Sequence record: NC_105514.1
Source of the DNA: Escherichia phage JLBYU40
Reading direction: 5' to 3' (one strand)
Length of the DNA: 64,000 nt
The notes under the pieces are model-generated. The model saw nothing but the letters and a program-made list of their open reading frames with translations, did not search any database and was not told the DNA's origin. Below, one piece after another: positions 25,247-34,468 of this stretch. Position 1 is the first letter of the stretch, and every line of letters begins with the position of its first letter. Both the position numbers and the translations under genes were made by a program.

Positions 25247-25675
25247 ATGTTCAATAATGTATTCTCTAAAGAAGCTAACCCAATTTTGGTTAACTTTTGG
25301 CGTACTCTCCCGGCTAGCCTGTATAATGAGGCTATTAACTCCTTGAAAATATGGTGTGAAAATAATGAAATCTCCTTTGCTTTTAAAGATGATATTGATG
25401 AGGCCCCCTGTATTGGTTTAGTTGTGCAGGTAGAGGATGGTCTTGAAGAGATTGTGGGCTGGAAAGAGTTAGACGAAATGGGCTTAGTTTTTGCGTTAAA
25501 TTATAAGCTGTTTATGCCTGCTAAGCATCGCCTCGTTGTTAACCATAAAACTAGTGAATCTCCTGGTTTTCAGGTTAATGAACGTTATGGTTGGTCTTAC
25601 TCACCGGAAGAAGTAAATGAGGGGATTCAGAAACTTCGCCGTTTTGGTTATCAGATTCCGGGTTTAACTGCTTAA
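25247..25675 (+). CDS. hypothetical protein, paralog A
   Basis: Shares conserved blocks with the next ORF (PCIG, MGL..ALN, IPGL). Confidence 0.5.
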   Translation: MFNNVFSKEANPILVNFWRTLPASLYNEAINSLKIWCENNEISFAFKDDIDEAPCIGLVVQVEDGLEEIVGWKELDEMGLVFALNYKLFMPAKHRLVVNHKTSESPGFQVNERYGWSYSPEEVNEGIQKLRRFGYQIPGLTA

Positions 25676-25684
25676 GGAGGCAGA

Positions 25685-26077
25685 ATGGAACAAGTATATT
25701 GGCGTCAGATTGATCCTAGTTTGGTGAAGCGTGCGGAGAAGCTGCTACAACGTTGGTTGGGGGTAAGACAAGCCTCCTTCACTTTTCCGGAGCAGCAAAT
25801 AGACGATCCCTGTATTGGTGTTTTCCTATCAGGCTACGCTAGGGAATGGGAATTGGATTGGAATGAATTGTCTGCTATGGGCTTGATTGTTGCCCTAAAC
25901 TTCTCTTTGTTCCATCCACGTGGTTTGGCCATATGTCGTGTGCCTGATGACGGTTGTTCGCCCCATCTTTTACAGGTGGAAGATGATATTTGGGAGTACA
26001 CTCCAGATATTCTCACAGAAGCTAAAGAACAATTAAATCGTGTTGGGATTTATGTTCCGGGCTTAAATGATGAATGA
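25685..26077 (+). CDS. hypothetical protein, paralog B
   Basis: Tandem paralog of 25247-25675. Confidence 0.5.
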   Translation: MEQVYWRQIDPSLVKRAEKLLQRWLGVRQASFTFPEQQIDDPCIGVFLSGYAREWELDWNELSAMGLIVALNFSLFHPRGLAICRVPDDGCSPHLLQVEDDIWEYTPDILTEAKEQLNRVGIYVPGLNDE

Positions 26078-26216
26078 TTTTTATTAGCTGAAATTTGTAA
26101 TCCGGGCTATTAGTGCTCGGATTATTACATAATCTTTCCAGTCGATTGACAGTCAAAATAAATTGTCGTTGACAATTTGGATGGATTATGTAATAATATA
26201 TGTATTGGAGGTGAGG

Positions 26217-26669
26217 ATGTCATTCACACAGCAAGAACTTTTAGATAACTTCCGATATGAAGATGGTAAGTTATTTAGAACTACAGGAAGAAATGCAGGG
26301 AAAGAATGTTGTGTTTCTACGGGTAACGGATATTATCGTATATCTCTAGGGAATAGGACTATGCTTCGGCATAGAGCAATATTTTTAATGCATCATGGAT
26401 ACTTACCTGATTTAGTAGATCATGTGAATACTATAAAAGGTGATGATCGTATTGAAAATCTTAGAGAGCAGACAGTGTCCGGTAATCTAAGAAATATCAA
26501 ATATAAGAAAGGAATGCATGTTTACCCTTCTGGTAGTAAGAACTGGCAAGTAGTATTTACTATTAACCGTAAACGTATAGTTAAAGGAACATATGACAAC
26601 TATGAGGTTGCATGTTCTATGGCCAAGATGTTTAGAGGTCAATTATACGGTAGGGAATCAATCCAGTAA
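26217..26669 (+). CDS. HNH homing endonuclease (HNH plus AP2-like DNA-binding region)
   Basis: Start MSFTQQELL after SD GGAGGTGAGG; HNH region HRAIFLMHHGYLPDLVDHVN..NLR. Confidence 0.55.
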   Translation: MSFTQQELLDNFRYEDGKLFRTTGRNAGKECCVSTGNGYYRISLGNRTMLRHRAIFLMHHGYLPDLVDHVNTIKGDDRIENLREQTVSGNLRNIKYKKGMHVYPSGSKNWQVVFTINRKRIVKGTYDNYEVACSMAKMFRGQLYGRESIQ

Positions 26670-27204
26670 AATTTCATTTGCAAGGGAGTATTATTTTATA
26701 GTATAATATTCCCATAAATGAGAGACATTAGTAAAAATTGATTTTGCTAATTTTTCTTGTTTACAATCCGCGATACGGAACAGTTAGGCTGCCCCATTAA
26801 GGGTTGTTTTAACTGTTACGTGTTAGTTTTTAAACAAATAGTTAATAGAATACTTAGCGATCTGCGTCCCATAGGAACCCTGGTAAGGCCTCGAAGCAAC
26901 CTAGTATGAGGTGGTTGTGAAGTGAGATGGGAGGAGTGAAAAACTCCGAGACGTGATTCTGTAAGTTATATTGCATCTAGTATGAGCTAGTATATGAAGC
27001 ATTAGGTGAGCAAATCTGGCTTAGCGGCCATCCTCAAGGATTTGTGCGGTATAACAAAGCAGCAGCGCAGCGTGAAAGTGGAAGTTGCCACCCCACTTCA
27101 GTATTTGCGATTAATTTGTTGAGAAATTGACAGTAACAGTTGTTCTATTCTTTCTGAATAGTCCTAAAGAAAACTTATTTCATTTCCAACACAGGAGTAT
27201 TGTT

Positions 27205-29991
27205 GTGTTTTCAATCCTACAAGGTCATGCAGGATTTCATCGCGATTTAGCCACAGGCAATTGGCGAGAAGTTAAAGCAGAAGACTATCTTTTTGCTAAA
27301 AGATTTTCCTCAAAGCATCCTGAAGGTAAACCAGCTTCAATGCCCTTCAAGTTTGATGTAATTGATGAAGTTGATCCTCAAACCCTAGTAGAAATGCTTC
27401 CTCTTATGAGACGTTTAACGTCTGACCCTCATATCGTTGCGGTACGAGGTCGATGTCTTGCACCTAAAAATAATGTGCGACGTAAGAAGGGCAACTTTAA
27501 TGTATCTAACCCAAGTCATATAATTGCAATGGACGTGGATGGTATTGTAGATACAGGTGGTTGTAACAAGTTTGATCTTGTTGGCATGGCCCGACATATT
27601 ATTAGGATGTTAAATAGTATTAGTGAGGATATGTTTCCTCTTGATGCAGGGTTTATCGCTCATGCATCATCTTCGGCTGGGCTAAAACCAGGTATCCGAA
27701 TGCACTTAATACTAGAATCTAATGTTAAAGTAACTCAGGGTCAAATCAAGTTCTTATTTACATCTATCAATGAAAGTAGTAGACAAAAGTATGGCTTTGA
27801 TATTGCCGACTTAGCTTATTACTCTTCCGTACAGCTCCATTATTTTGCAGATCCGTTATTTACAGATGGTATAGTAGATCCGTTTAAAGCGGAGGGTGCT
27901 TCACGTCTGGTATTTGTTAAGGGTTCTAAAGTAAATTTACCCAATAATCTGGTTGACTATGAAACAACTAGAGGCGAGTTTAAAGAGGAGTTTTACTCTT
28001 TACTCGATCAAATTAAAGGTAAAAAAGCCGCCTCCGATAAAGTAGAGGAAACTATCAGCGAACTAGAAGAAGCTGAGGATGGAGTGTATCTACGTATTAT
28101 TCCTAAACTCTATCACAGGGCTTTAGAGGATGGTGTTGATTTTGCATGGCTAGAAAAAGAAATCCGTCCAGCCTTATCAGAGTATATTGCAACTAAAGAT
28201 AATAGTCGTAATATTCAAGACTACTTTAACAACGGTCGTAAGCAGGCTCTGAAAGCGTTTGTTAATAATTCTAAACGTGATATACCGGATGTTTTAAAAG
28301 GTATTCCACTTAAAAAGCTAGAAACTAACTCTCTAGAGACTGATAACTTCTTGAAATTAAATACTGTACCACCAGAAGGTTATATGACTTTTGTAAAAGC
28401 AAGTCTAGGTACAGGTAAAACTACGGCGGTTGTGCGTTGGCTGGATTCAGGAGTTATTAAGGGTAATTTCTTAGCAATTACCAATACTAGGGCACTAGTG
28501 TCTTCAAATGCTAAGAAATTTAGTGCAGGACAATATGATAAGTCTGTAGATATGCTTAATTTTAAGCGCGGTGCTATTGACCGTATGTCCACAACTATTC
28601 ACTCTTTACATAAGTTCAAGAGTTTTATTGGTCAAATTGATGCAATCTTTATCGATGAATGTGATGCTGTAATGAATGACCTATTATTCGCCCCGGTTGT
28701 TAAGCAACGTCGCGAGTGTATTCAGGTTCTTCGGGATATTCTTGCAACTGCAAAAATCATTATATTATCTGATGGTGATATTAGTGCTGAAACAATTGAA
28801 GCATATGGTTCTTTGATTGAGTTTGATAAACCGGTTGCATTTTATAATCATCACCGTAAGATGCTGTCAAAAGCTCATGCTTATGAGTTCCCTGATGAAT
28901 CTAGTATTTGGGTTGCACTTCAGACTTCTCTAGAGATGGGTGAGAAATCTATTCTGGTATCTGACTGTGGGCCGGATGAGCTGAATGAGAAGGGCATGGC
29001 ATTGCGTCATAATACGGGTGCATTAGTTAAGGAAATCCACTCAAACTCTACGTCTGATGTAGATATTAGACGTATCCTGGATTACACAACTAATGAGTTA
29101 ATTGACCAACAAATTGATTGCTTATTATGTAGTCCATCCGTAACGAGTGGTGTTGACTTCAACTATTTTGATAACGTATTCGTTATTACTAGAACCAGTA
29201 ATCAGGCGCCAAACATGCGTTTCCAAGCAATCAGGCGCGACCGTGGTGCTCAGAACATCTATTATTTTATTGATAAATCCACTAGTGGATTCTCCGCAGG
29301 TTCCGAACAATATAATATTGATGAAGGTTGGCTGGAGTTAGCACAGCAATTATACGCACGTCGCAGAGAGCTAGAATCTAGGAACTATACTAGTACTTTA
29401 CGTTATTACTTGCTTGATCAGGGTGCAACTATTGATATTTTCAGCGAAAGCTGGGGAACTATTGAAGGTGCTGGTAAAGAGTACACAGAAGAGCGAATTA
29501 AAGCTATTCTACATTCAACTCCGGATTATTGTGCTCCACGTCATGCGGATGCGTATGAAGCTAAACTACTTCTTGTTCGCTATTATCATCTCGAGTCTAT
29601 TAAAGATGTAACAGTTGAGCATGTTGAACAATATATCAAAGATAAACCAAATGATCGAGCTGCATTCTTCCATAAGATGCATGAGATGTTCTGGGAAGAT
29701 ATTAAGAAGTGTTCAAATGTGACCATTAAACCATTCATAGAAGCTCTGAAAGGTAAGAAGAAGGATTTCTTCCTTAAAACAGGTCAGAGTGCTAACCCAA
29801 AATATGCTAGAATGTATCTTGGTATGATGGGTATTGGTAAGGATATGAACACTGAAAATATTGTAGACTGGTACAGAACCTATTGTAAAATCGAGTGTAT
29901 GCCAATTCCTTTCAAATTCATGACAGAGGAAGAGAAGGCTATGGCAGAAGAAGTAATGTCCGAACTTGGAGCAACCAATGAAGATGCATAA
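27205..29991 (+). CDS. large P-loop ATPase / helicase-like protein (putative replication initiator or origin-binding)
   Basis: GTG start after SD AGGAG; Walker A SLGTGKTT, Walker B IFIDECDAV, SGVDF-like motif; about 928 aa. Confidence 0.55.
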   Translation: MFSILQGHAGFHRDLATGNWREVKAEDYLFAKRFSSKHPEGKPASMPFKFDVIDEVDPQTLVEMLPLMRRLTSDPHIVAVRGRCLAPKNNVRRKKGNFNVSNPSHIIAMDVDGIVDTGGCNKFDLVGMARHIIRMLNSISEDMFPLDAGFIAHASSSAGLKPGIRMHLILESNVKVTQGQIKFLFTSINESSRQKYGFDIADLAYYSSVQLHYFADPLFTDGIVDPFKAEGASRLVFVKGSKVNLPNNLVDYETTRGEFKEEFYSLLDQIKGKKAASDKVEETISELEEAEDGVYLRIIPKLYHRALEDGVDFAWLEKEIRPALSEYIATKDNSRNIQDYFNNGRKQALKAFVNNSKRDIPDVLKGIPLKKLETNSLETDNFLKLNTVPPEGYMTFVKASLGTGKTTAVVRWLDSGVIKGNFLAITNTRALVSSNAKKFSAGQYDKSVDMLNFKRGAIDRMSTTIHSLHKFKSFIGQIDAIFIDECDAVMNDLLFAPVVKQRRECIQVLRDILATAKIIILSDGDISAETIEAYGSLIEFDKPVAFYNHHRKMLSKAHAYEFPDESSIWVALQTSLEMGEKSILVSDCGPDELNEKGMALRHNTGALVKEIHSNSTSDVDIRRILDYTTNELIDQQIDCLLCSPSVTSGVDFNYFDNVFVITRTSNQAPNMRFQAIRRDRGAQNIYYFIDKSTSGFSAGSEQYNIDEGWLELAQQLYARRRELESRNYTSTLRYYLLDQGATIDIFSESWGTIEGAGKEYTEERIKAILHSTPDYCAPRHADAYEAKLLLVRYYHLESIKDVTVEHVEQYIKDKPNDRAAFFHKMHEMFWEDIKKCSNVTIKPFIEALKGKKKDFFLKTGQSANPKYARMYLGMMGIGKDMNTENIVDWYRTYCKIECMPIPFKFMTEEEKAMAEEVMSELGATNEDA

Positions 29992-30496
29992 ACCAATGCC
30001 TCCTATGGCATTTATCCTAGAAAAGCTTAGGTATGACGAAAGTACTGGGGACTTAATTTGGTTATCTGGCCCAAGGAAGGGAAAGATAGCGGGCTCCAAA
30101 ATGAAAACTGGGAGACAGTTAGAGTTTATGATAAATGGAGAGCATACAGCTTACTTAGCCCATAGAATAATCTGGTTTATAAAGACAGGCGAAGATCCTG
30201 GAGATAAAACTATCGACCACAAAGACGGTGATAGTTTAAACAACTTGTGGGATAATTTACGTAAGGCTACCTATTCCGAAAATGGAAAGAATAAGAAGTG
30301 TTCTACTAATTCTACCGGATTCACTGGAGTTGTAAAACGAGGTAATAGGTATATGGCCTACGCTTACTGCAATGGAAAACAGCATATTTTTGGTAGACGA
30401 GATACCCCGGAAGAAGCCCATCAGCTATACCTTAGGGGAGTTAAAGAACTGTTTGGTGAATTTAATCCCTCGGAGAGATATGACAGTGAAGAATAA
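29966..30496 (+). CDS. HNH-AP2 homing endonuclease
   Basis: DHKDGDSLNNLWDNLR (HNH) followed by GFTGVVKRGNRYMAYAYCNGKQHIFGRRDTPEEA (AP2-like). Confidence 0.6.
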   Translation: MEQPMKMHKPMPPMAFILEKLRYDESTGDLIWLSGPRKGKIAGSKMKTGRQLEFMINGEHTAYLAHRIIWFIKTGEDPGDKTIDHKDGDSLNNLWDNLRKATYSENGKNKKCSTNSTGFTGVVKRGNRYMAYAYCNGKQHIFGRRDTPEEAHQLYLRGVKELFGEFNPSERYDSEE

Positions 30497-30713
30497 AAAA
30501 TGGGAAACAAGGAAGTTCCCCGTAAAAGAGCGTAAAGTTCCTGTTTACGATACTTCGGAAAAGCTATGTAGGGTGGTACCGCACAGATTAGCTGGCATCC
30601 CTAACATATCCGAATGGTTACTTAAACAACGGAAAACAAACGTGTCTCTTCGCATCGGCTTTGAGTTAGATAAAGTCTATGCTGAACTTGCTTCTTTGCT
30701 CAAGGAATCGTAA
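30480..30713 (+). CDS. hypothetical protein (about 77 aa)
   Basis: Start at MTVKNKKW after SD GGAGAG. Confidence 0.35.
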   Translation: MTVKNKKWETRKFPVKERKVPVYDTSEKLCRVVPHRLAGIPNISEWLLKQRKTNVSLRIGFELDKVYAELASLLKES

Positions 30714-30721
30714 AAATTTAT

Positions 30722-30750
30722 TTGCTTTCAGGAAAATTTTTCTGTATAAT
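30722..30750 (+). promoter_or_regulatory. sigma70-type promoter (-35 TTGCTT, 17 bp, -10 TATAAT)
   Basis: ttgctt 30722-30727, tataat 30745-30750. Confidence 0.6.
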
Positions 30751-30783
30751 AGATTCATAAATTTGAGAGAGAGGAGTTTAAAT

Positions 30784-31488
30784 ATGGCTGGTTCTCGCAG
30801 AAAGAAACATATCCATGAAATCCCGGATGAAGTCTTTAAAAAAGTTATAGAGCATCTGGAGAACGGTGGTACTAAGAAAGCAGCATGTGAAATGCTTGGC
30901 GTATCATCCAATCCAACTATGGAAAGGATGATTGAAGAATGGCAAGACCGCCAGATTCAAGTTGCCGAGATGAAGAAAAAGAAACGTGGTACACTCATTG
31001 AAGGTATTGAGTTGGCCAACGTTATTGAACAGTATCTATCTGGCGATTCTTTTGAAGAAATTGCCGACCGTAATTACCGCTCTGTAGCAATGGTTAAATC
31101 TGTTCTGGAACGCTATGGTGCTTTGCTTCGTTTGAACGATATTGTAGACCCATTGAATCCTCCAATTATTCCTGATGATGCTGTGGCAGAAGAATTTGAA
31201 GTTGGTGAGCTTGTTTGGGTTCCTGGATACCAGTGTATTGGTGAAATCAAAAAAGCAATGGATAATCCTGTTGGTTGTTACCGTGTTTGGCTTCTATCAG
31301 AAGGCAAACAACAGAACGTCCATTATATGAATTACGAGCTGGCTTCTGTTAAACATCTGGAAAAGTTAGGGGTAGACGTAAAATCTCTAGGGTATAAATG
31401 GACTCGTGAAGAAATTATCACACTGATTAATGAAGCTGTTAAGGCTGCCTTGAAACTTGATAAAGAAAAAGGAAAACGCCGTGAGTAG
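30784..31488 (+). CDS. putative HTH DNA-binding protein
   Basis: Start MAGSRRKK after SD GAGAGGAG; N-terminal HTH-like KKAACEMLGVSSNPTMERMIEEW. Confidence 0.5.
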   Translation: MAGSRRKKHIHEIPDEVFKKVIEHLENGGTKKAACEMLGVSSNPTMERMIEEWQDRQIQVAEMKKKKRGTLIEGIELANVIEQYLSGDSFEEIADRNYRSVAMVKSVLERYGALLRLNDIVDPLNPPIIPDDAVAEEFEVGELVWVPGYQCIGEIKKAMDNPVGCYRVWLLSEGKQQNVHYMNYELASVKHLEKLGVDVKSLGYKWTREEIITLINEAVKAALKLDKEKGKRRE

Positions 31489-31732
31489 ACTAACTGATTT
31501 ACTTAAAGATGGAGAAGTAAAAACTCTGTATCGTAGAAGCTGGGATAATGATAATAATGGCTTAGTGTTACTAACTTTAGATGCTGACTCAGATGTAGCT
31601 ACTCAGCATACCTGGGTAGCCGGTAACTATCCATATAGCGAGGTTGTTTCATTAACAGTATGCGAAGCTATTGCTGACGATTGGGAGGTTGCCAGCATTG
31701 ATGATATGCTCGCTGTTGGCCTGGTGGAGTAA
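31484..31732 (+). CDS. hypothetical protein (GTG start inferred)
   Basis: SD AAGGAAAA then GTG; overlapping ORF-track entry trimmed. Confidence 0.35.
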   Translation, partial: SRLTDLLKDGEVKTLYRRSWDNDNNGLVLLTLDADSDVATQHTWVAGNYPYSEVVSLTVCEAIADDWEVASIDDMLAVGLVE

Positions 31733-31748
31733 CTACTTAAAAATTTCA

Positions 31749-31777
31749 GTTGCTTAATCCTACAATTCTTGATATAA
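31749..31777 (+). promoter_or_regulatory. sigma70-type promoter (-35 TTGCTT, 17 bp, -10 TATAAT)
   Basis: ttgctt 31749-31754, tataat 31772-31777. Confidence 0.6.
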
Positions 31778-31835
31778 TATTCTCATAGTTTGAAAGAACT
31801 ATTCTGTTTAATTCTTAATTAAGGAAATATAAAAT

Positions 31836-32246
31836 ATGACTACTCCAACTCAGTGGACTGATGAACTGTTCGAAAAAATGTCTTCCGAATACGTTGCTCG
31901 TATGGAGCAATTCCCAGAGGATGAACGTCCGGGTGTTAGCATGGAAATTGTTAGCGAAATTGCCCAGGAAAATGGTGTAACTCCGAACGGTTTTCGTATG
32001 AAGCTGACTAAAGCAGGTTTGTATATCAAGAAAGCTGCTGGCTCTGCTTCTAAATCTAGCGCATCTACTGGAGAAAAAGCTTCCGGTGGTTCTCGTACCT
32101 CCAAAGCCCAAGCTCACGCCGATCTTCGCTCAGCATTCTCTGATGCTGGCCTAGCACCAGATTTTCTGGATAATGCAATTATCGACAAACTGACCGGTAA
32201 AGCGGCTGCTCATCTGGCAGAAGCAATCCGAGCTATCACTAAGTAA
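31836..32246 (+). CDS. hypothetical protein (136 aa)
   Basis: ORF track; SD AAGGAAA upstream. Confidence 0.5.
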   Translation: MTTPTQWTDELFEKMSSEYVARMEQFPEDERPGVSMEIVSEIAQENGVTPNGFRMKLTKAGLYIKKAAGSASKSSASTGEKASGGSRTSKAQAHADLRSAFSDAGLAPDFLDNAIIDKLTGKAAAHLAEAIRAITK

Positions 32247-32282
32247 TTTTTAGATAAATCCACCAACAAAAGGAACACAGTT

Positions 32283-32579
32283 ATGACCAAAGCTGAAATT
32301 ATCGCACAATGTGAAAAATTTGGTGAGTTTTATCTTCATTATGAGAAACTTCGTCAGAAAGGAACCACGTACCTTCAGGGTACGATGGAATTTGATCCAG
32401 CCCAAGATAAATATCTAGCTGAGCGTATTAAACGTGAACGTATTCGTAAAGCGAAAGATGATGAGATCCTTGTCTTCTCTCGTACTAATGATAGCTTCCG
32501 TTTTATTCCTGTCGAGAAAGTCCGTCGTGTGACTAGCCTCCAATCAGAGTTAGATCGTGCTTCTCCAGTAGGCCGATAA
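32283..32579 (+). CDS. hypothetical protein (98 aa)
   Basis: ORF track. Confidence 0.5.
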   Translation: MTKAEIIAQCEKFGEFYLHYEKLRQKGTTYLQGTMEFDPAQDKYLAERIKRERIRKAKDDEILVFSRTNDSFRFIPVEKVRRVTSLQSELDRASPVGR

Positions 32580-32629
32580 GAAACCAATTAGCCCCTATAT
32601 GGGGCTTTTTGTGTATTTGGAATATGTAA

Positions 32630-32938
32630 ATGAGCGAACAGGTAAATCAAAACTATGAAGGACACGTTGATGACCAGTCCATCATACTTTGGGAGAAGGA
32701 GGGAGAACAAGTAAGATTAACAGTATCTGAATTTCGTGGGAATCTATACATGGGTATTCGTTACTGGCTTCTTGATATTAATGATGAATGGTTTCCAACG
32801 AAATCTGGCTTCTCTTTTCCTTACACCCTAGAAACAACATCACAGCTTTTCTATGCGTTTACACAGATTCTTAGCGAATCTGAGGTTTTACATGAAGTAC
32901 AGAAACGAGCTGAAGAACTCAAAGCCAAGAATGCCTAG
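32630..32938 (+). CDS. hypothetical protein (102 aa)
   Basis: ORF track. Confidence 0.5.
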   Translation: MSEQVNQNYEGHVDDQSIILWEKEGEQVRLTVSEFRGNLYMGIRYWLLDINDEWFPTKSGFSFPYTLETTSQLFYAFTQILSESEVLHEVQKRAEELKAKNA

Positions 32939-32955
32939 TTCTTGGCTTTTTCTTT
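32924..32955 (+). terminator. rho-independent terminator
   Basis: GCCAAGAA/TTCTTGGC 8-bp stem then TTTTTCTTT; overlaps stop codon. Confidence 0.6.
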
Positions 32956-32965
32956 ATAAATGTAT

Positions 32966-32994
32966 TTGCTTTCAACTCAGTTTTATTATATAAT
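32966..32994 (+). promoter_or_regulatory. sigma70-type promoter (-35 TTGCTT, 17 bp, -10 TATAAT)
   Basis: ttgctt 32966-32971, tataat 32989-32994. Confidence 0.6.
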
Positions 32995-33024
32995 ATTTAT
33001 ATAAATTAATGAGAGGGTTGCAAA

Positions 33025-33297
33025 GTGAAAAAGATAAATATAAGCACACTTAAACCTTTCCCATACATCGGACAGCCTCTTATACTTATGTGGGAGGAGA
33101 AGATTAATGGAGAAAAGTATACTAAAATTAGAAGCGGGTATAAGCTGATTTCACTTCATTACGAAAAAGAAGTATTAACAGCTGAAATATACTCTCCGTT
33201 GTCAGATAGGCTAGTAAAAACTACGTATTTGCATCTCTGCAAAAATTTTACATGGCACGGATCCACTAGACAGCTCACGTACTATGAGGCAGAATAA
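33025..33297 (+). CDS. hypothetical protein (90 aa, GTG start)
   Basis: SD GAGAGGG 7 nt before GTG. Confidence 0.4.
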   Translation: MKKINISTLKPFPYIGQPLILMWEEKINGEKYTKIRSGYKLISLHYEKEVLTAEIYSPLSDRLVKTTYLHLCKNFTWHGSTRQLTYYEAE

Positions 33298-34269
33298 ATG
33301 ACTAATGTAAAAGAATTTATCAAACGTTGCCAAGAAGCGTATTACCAGGGAATGTCTTTAATTTCTGACGAAGAATATGATCGTCTGATTAAAAGATTTC
33401 CGTTAGAAGAAGAGATCGGGCCTAAGGGTGATATTCCACATCTGTACCGTATGTATTCTTTACAGAAAGTTTATTATAACCGTGGGGATAAACCACCATT
33501 TAATCCTTTAGGTCAGGTAGAAACTGATAAGTTAGATGGTTGTGCAATTTCTCTGCTATATATTAATGGCGAATTTGTTCAAGCATTAACCCGTGGTAAT
33601 GGTATTCTGGGGAATGATGTCACAAGCAACGTAAGATTGCTGAACATCCCTAAAAAGATTTCCCAAAAAGTACCTACCCAAATCACTGGTGAAGTTCTAA
33701 TTACAAAGGAAGTAGAAAATAAGCGTAACTTTGCCTCTGGTGCTATTAACCTCAAAGATAGCGATGATTTCGTACAACGTATCGGGGAAGGTGGTTTAAT
33801 CTTCGTTGCATATGGTATCCAGTGTTCCCCTGATTCTGTAGGTATTACAGAATCGTATTTAAAAGATATGCTTTGGCTAGAGAATGAGAACTTCTTAACA
33901 GTTGTTAATGTGCGTTCCTTCTTTAAGTGGATTCCGACGGATGGTAAAGTTGTTCGTATTAATGACAACAACAAATTCTTCCGAGAAGGCTGGACTAATA
34001 AATTCCCCCGTGGAGCATTTGCTATTAAAGAGGATGAAGAAGGCGAGATTACAACTCTTACTAAAGTTGAGTGGCAGGTAGGGGCTTCTGGTAAAGTAAC
34101 TCCAGTTGGTTATTTCGAACCGGTAATTATTGATGATGCTACAATTGTTAAAGCGACTCTTAATAACGTTGATTATATTAACTCTCTCGATCTAGAGATC
34201 GGTTGCCAGATTCGAGTGATTCGTGCTGGTGGTGTAATCCCGTGTATAGTAGAGCGAGTATACGATTAA
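33298..34269 (+). CDS. NAD-dependent DNA ligase, N-terminal (adenylation) part
   Basis: KxDG adenylation motif (TDKLDGCAIS) and NAD-ligase-like N-terminus. Confidence 0.75.
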   Translation: MTNVKEFIKRCQEAYYQGMSLISDEEYDRLIKRFPLEEEIGPKGDIPHLYRMYSLQKVYYNRGDKPPFNPLGQVETDKLDGCAISLLYINGEFVQALTRGNGILGNDVTSNVRLLNIPKKISQKVPTQITGEVLITKEVENKRNFASGAINLKDSDDFVQRIGEGGLIFVAYGIQCSPDSVGITESYLKDMLWLENENFLTVVNVRSFFKWIPTDGKVVRINDNNKFFREGWTNKFPRGAFAIKEDEEGEITTLTKVEWQVGASGKVTPVGYFEPVIIDDATIVKATLNNVDYINSLDLEIGCQIRVIRAGGVIPCIVERVYD

Positions 34270-34412
34270 TACATAACCCTTTGCTACCCATCTACCATAT
34301 CGGAATTATAAAGTGGTTATTGACATTTTCGCCGCTTAGGTATATACTATTATCATTCAGTTGAGGGATAGAAAGTTATGGCGAGGGTAAGCAAAGTTAG
34401 TTAAAATTGTAA

Positions 34413-34441
34413 TTGCTAAATGCTTAAATACTTGCTATAAT
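34413..34441 (+). promoter_or_regulatory. sigma70-type promoter between the ligase halves (-35 TTGCTA, 17 bp, -10 TATAAT)
   Basis: ttgcta 34413-34418, tataat 34436-34441; a second TTGACA/TATACT pair near 34320-34348. Confidence 0.55.
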
Positions 34442-34468
34442 ATTTATATAAATTGATAAGGAAGAAAT

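Noticed and set aside
27127-27160. TTGACA at 27127 as promoter for the large ATPase
   Set aside because: No acceptable -10 hexamer at 16-19 bp spacing
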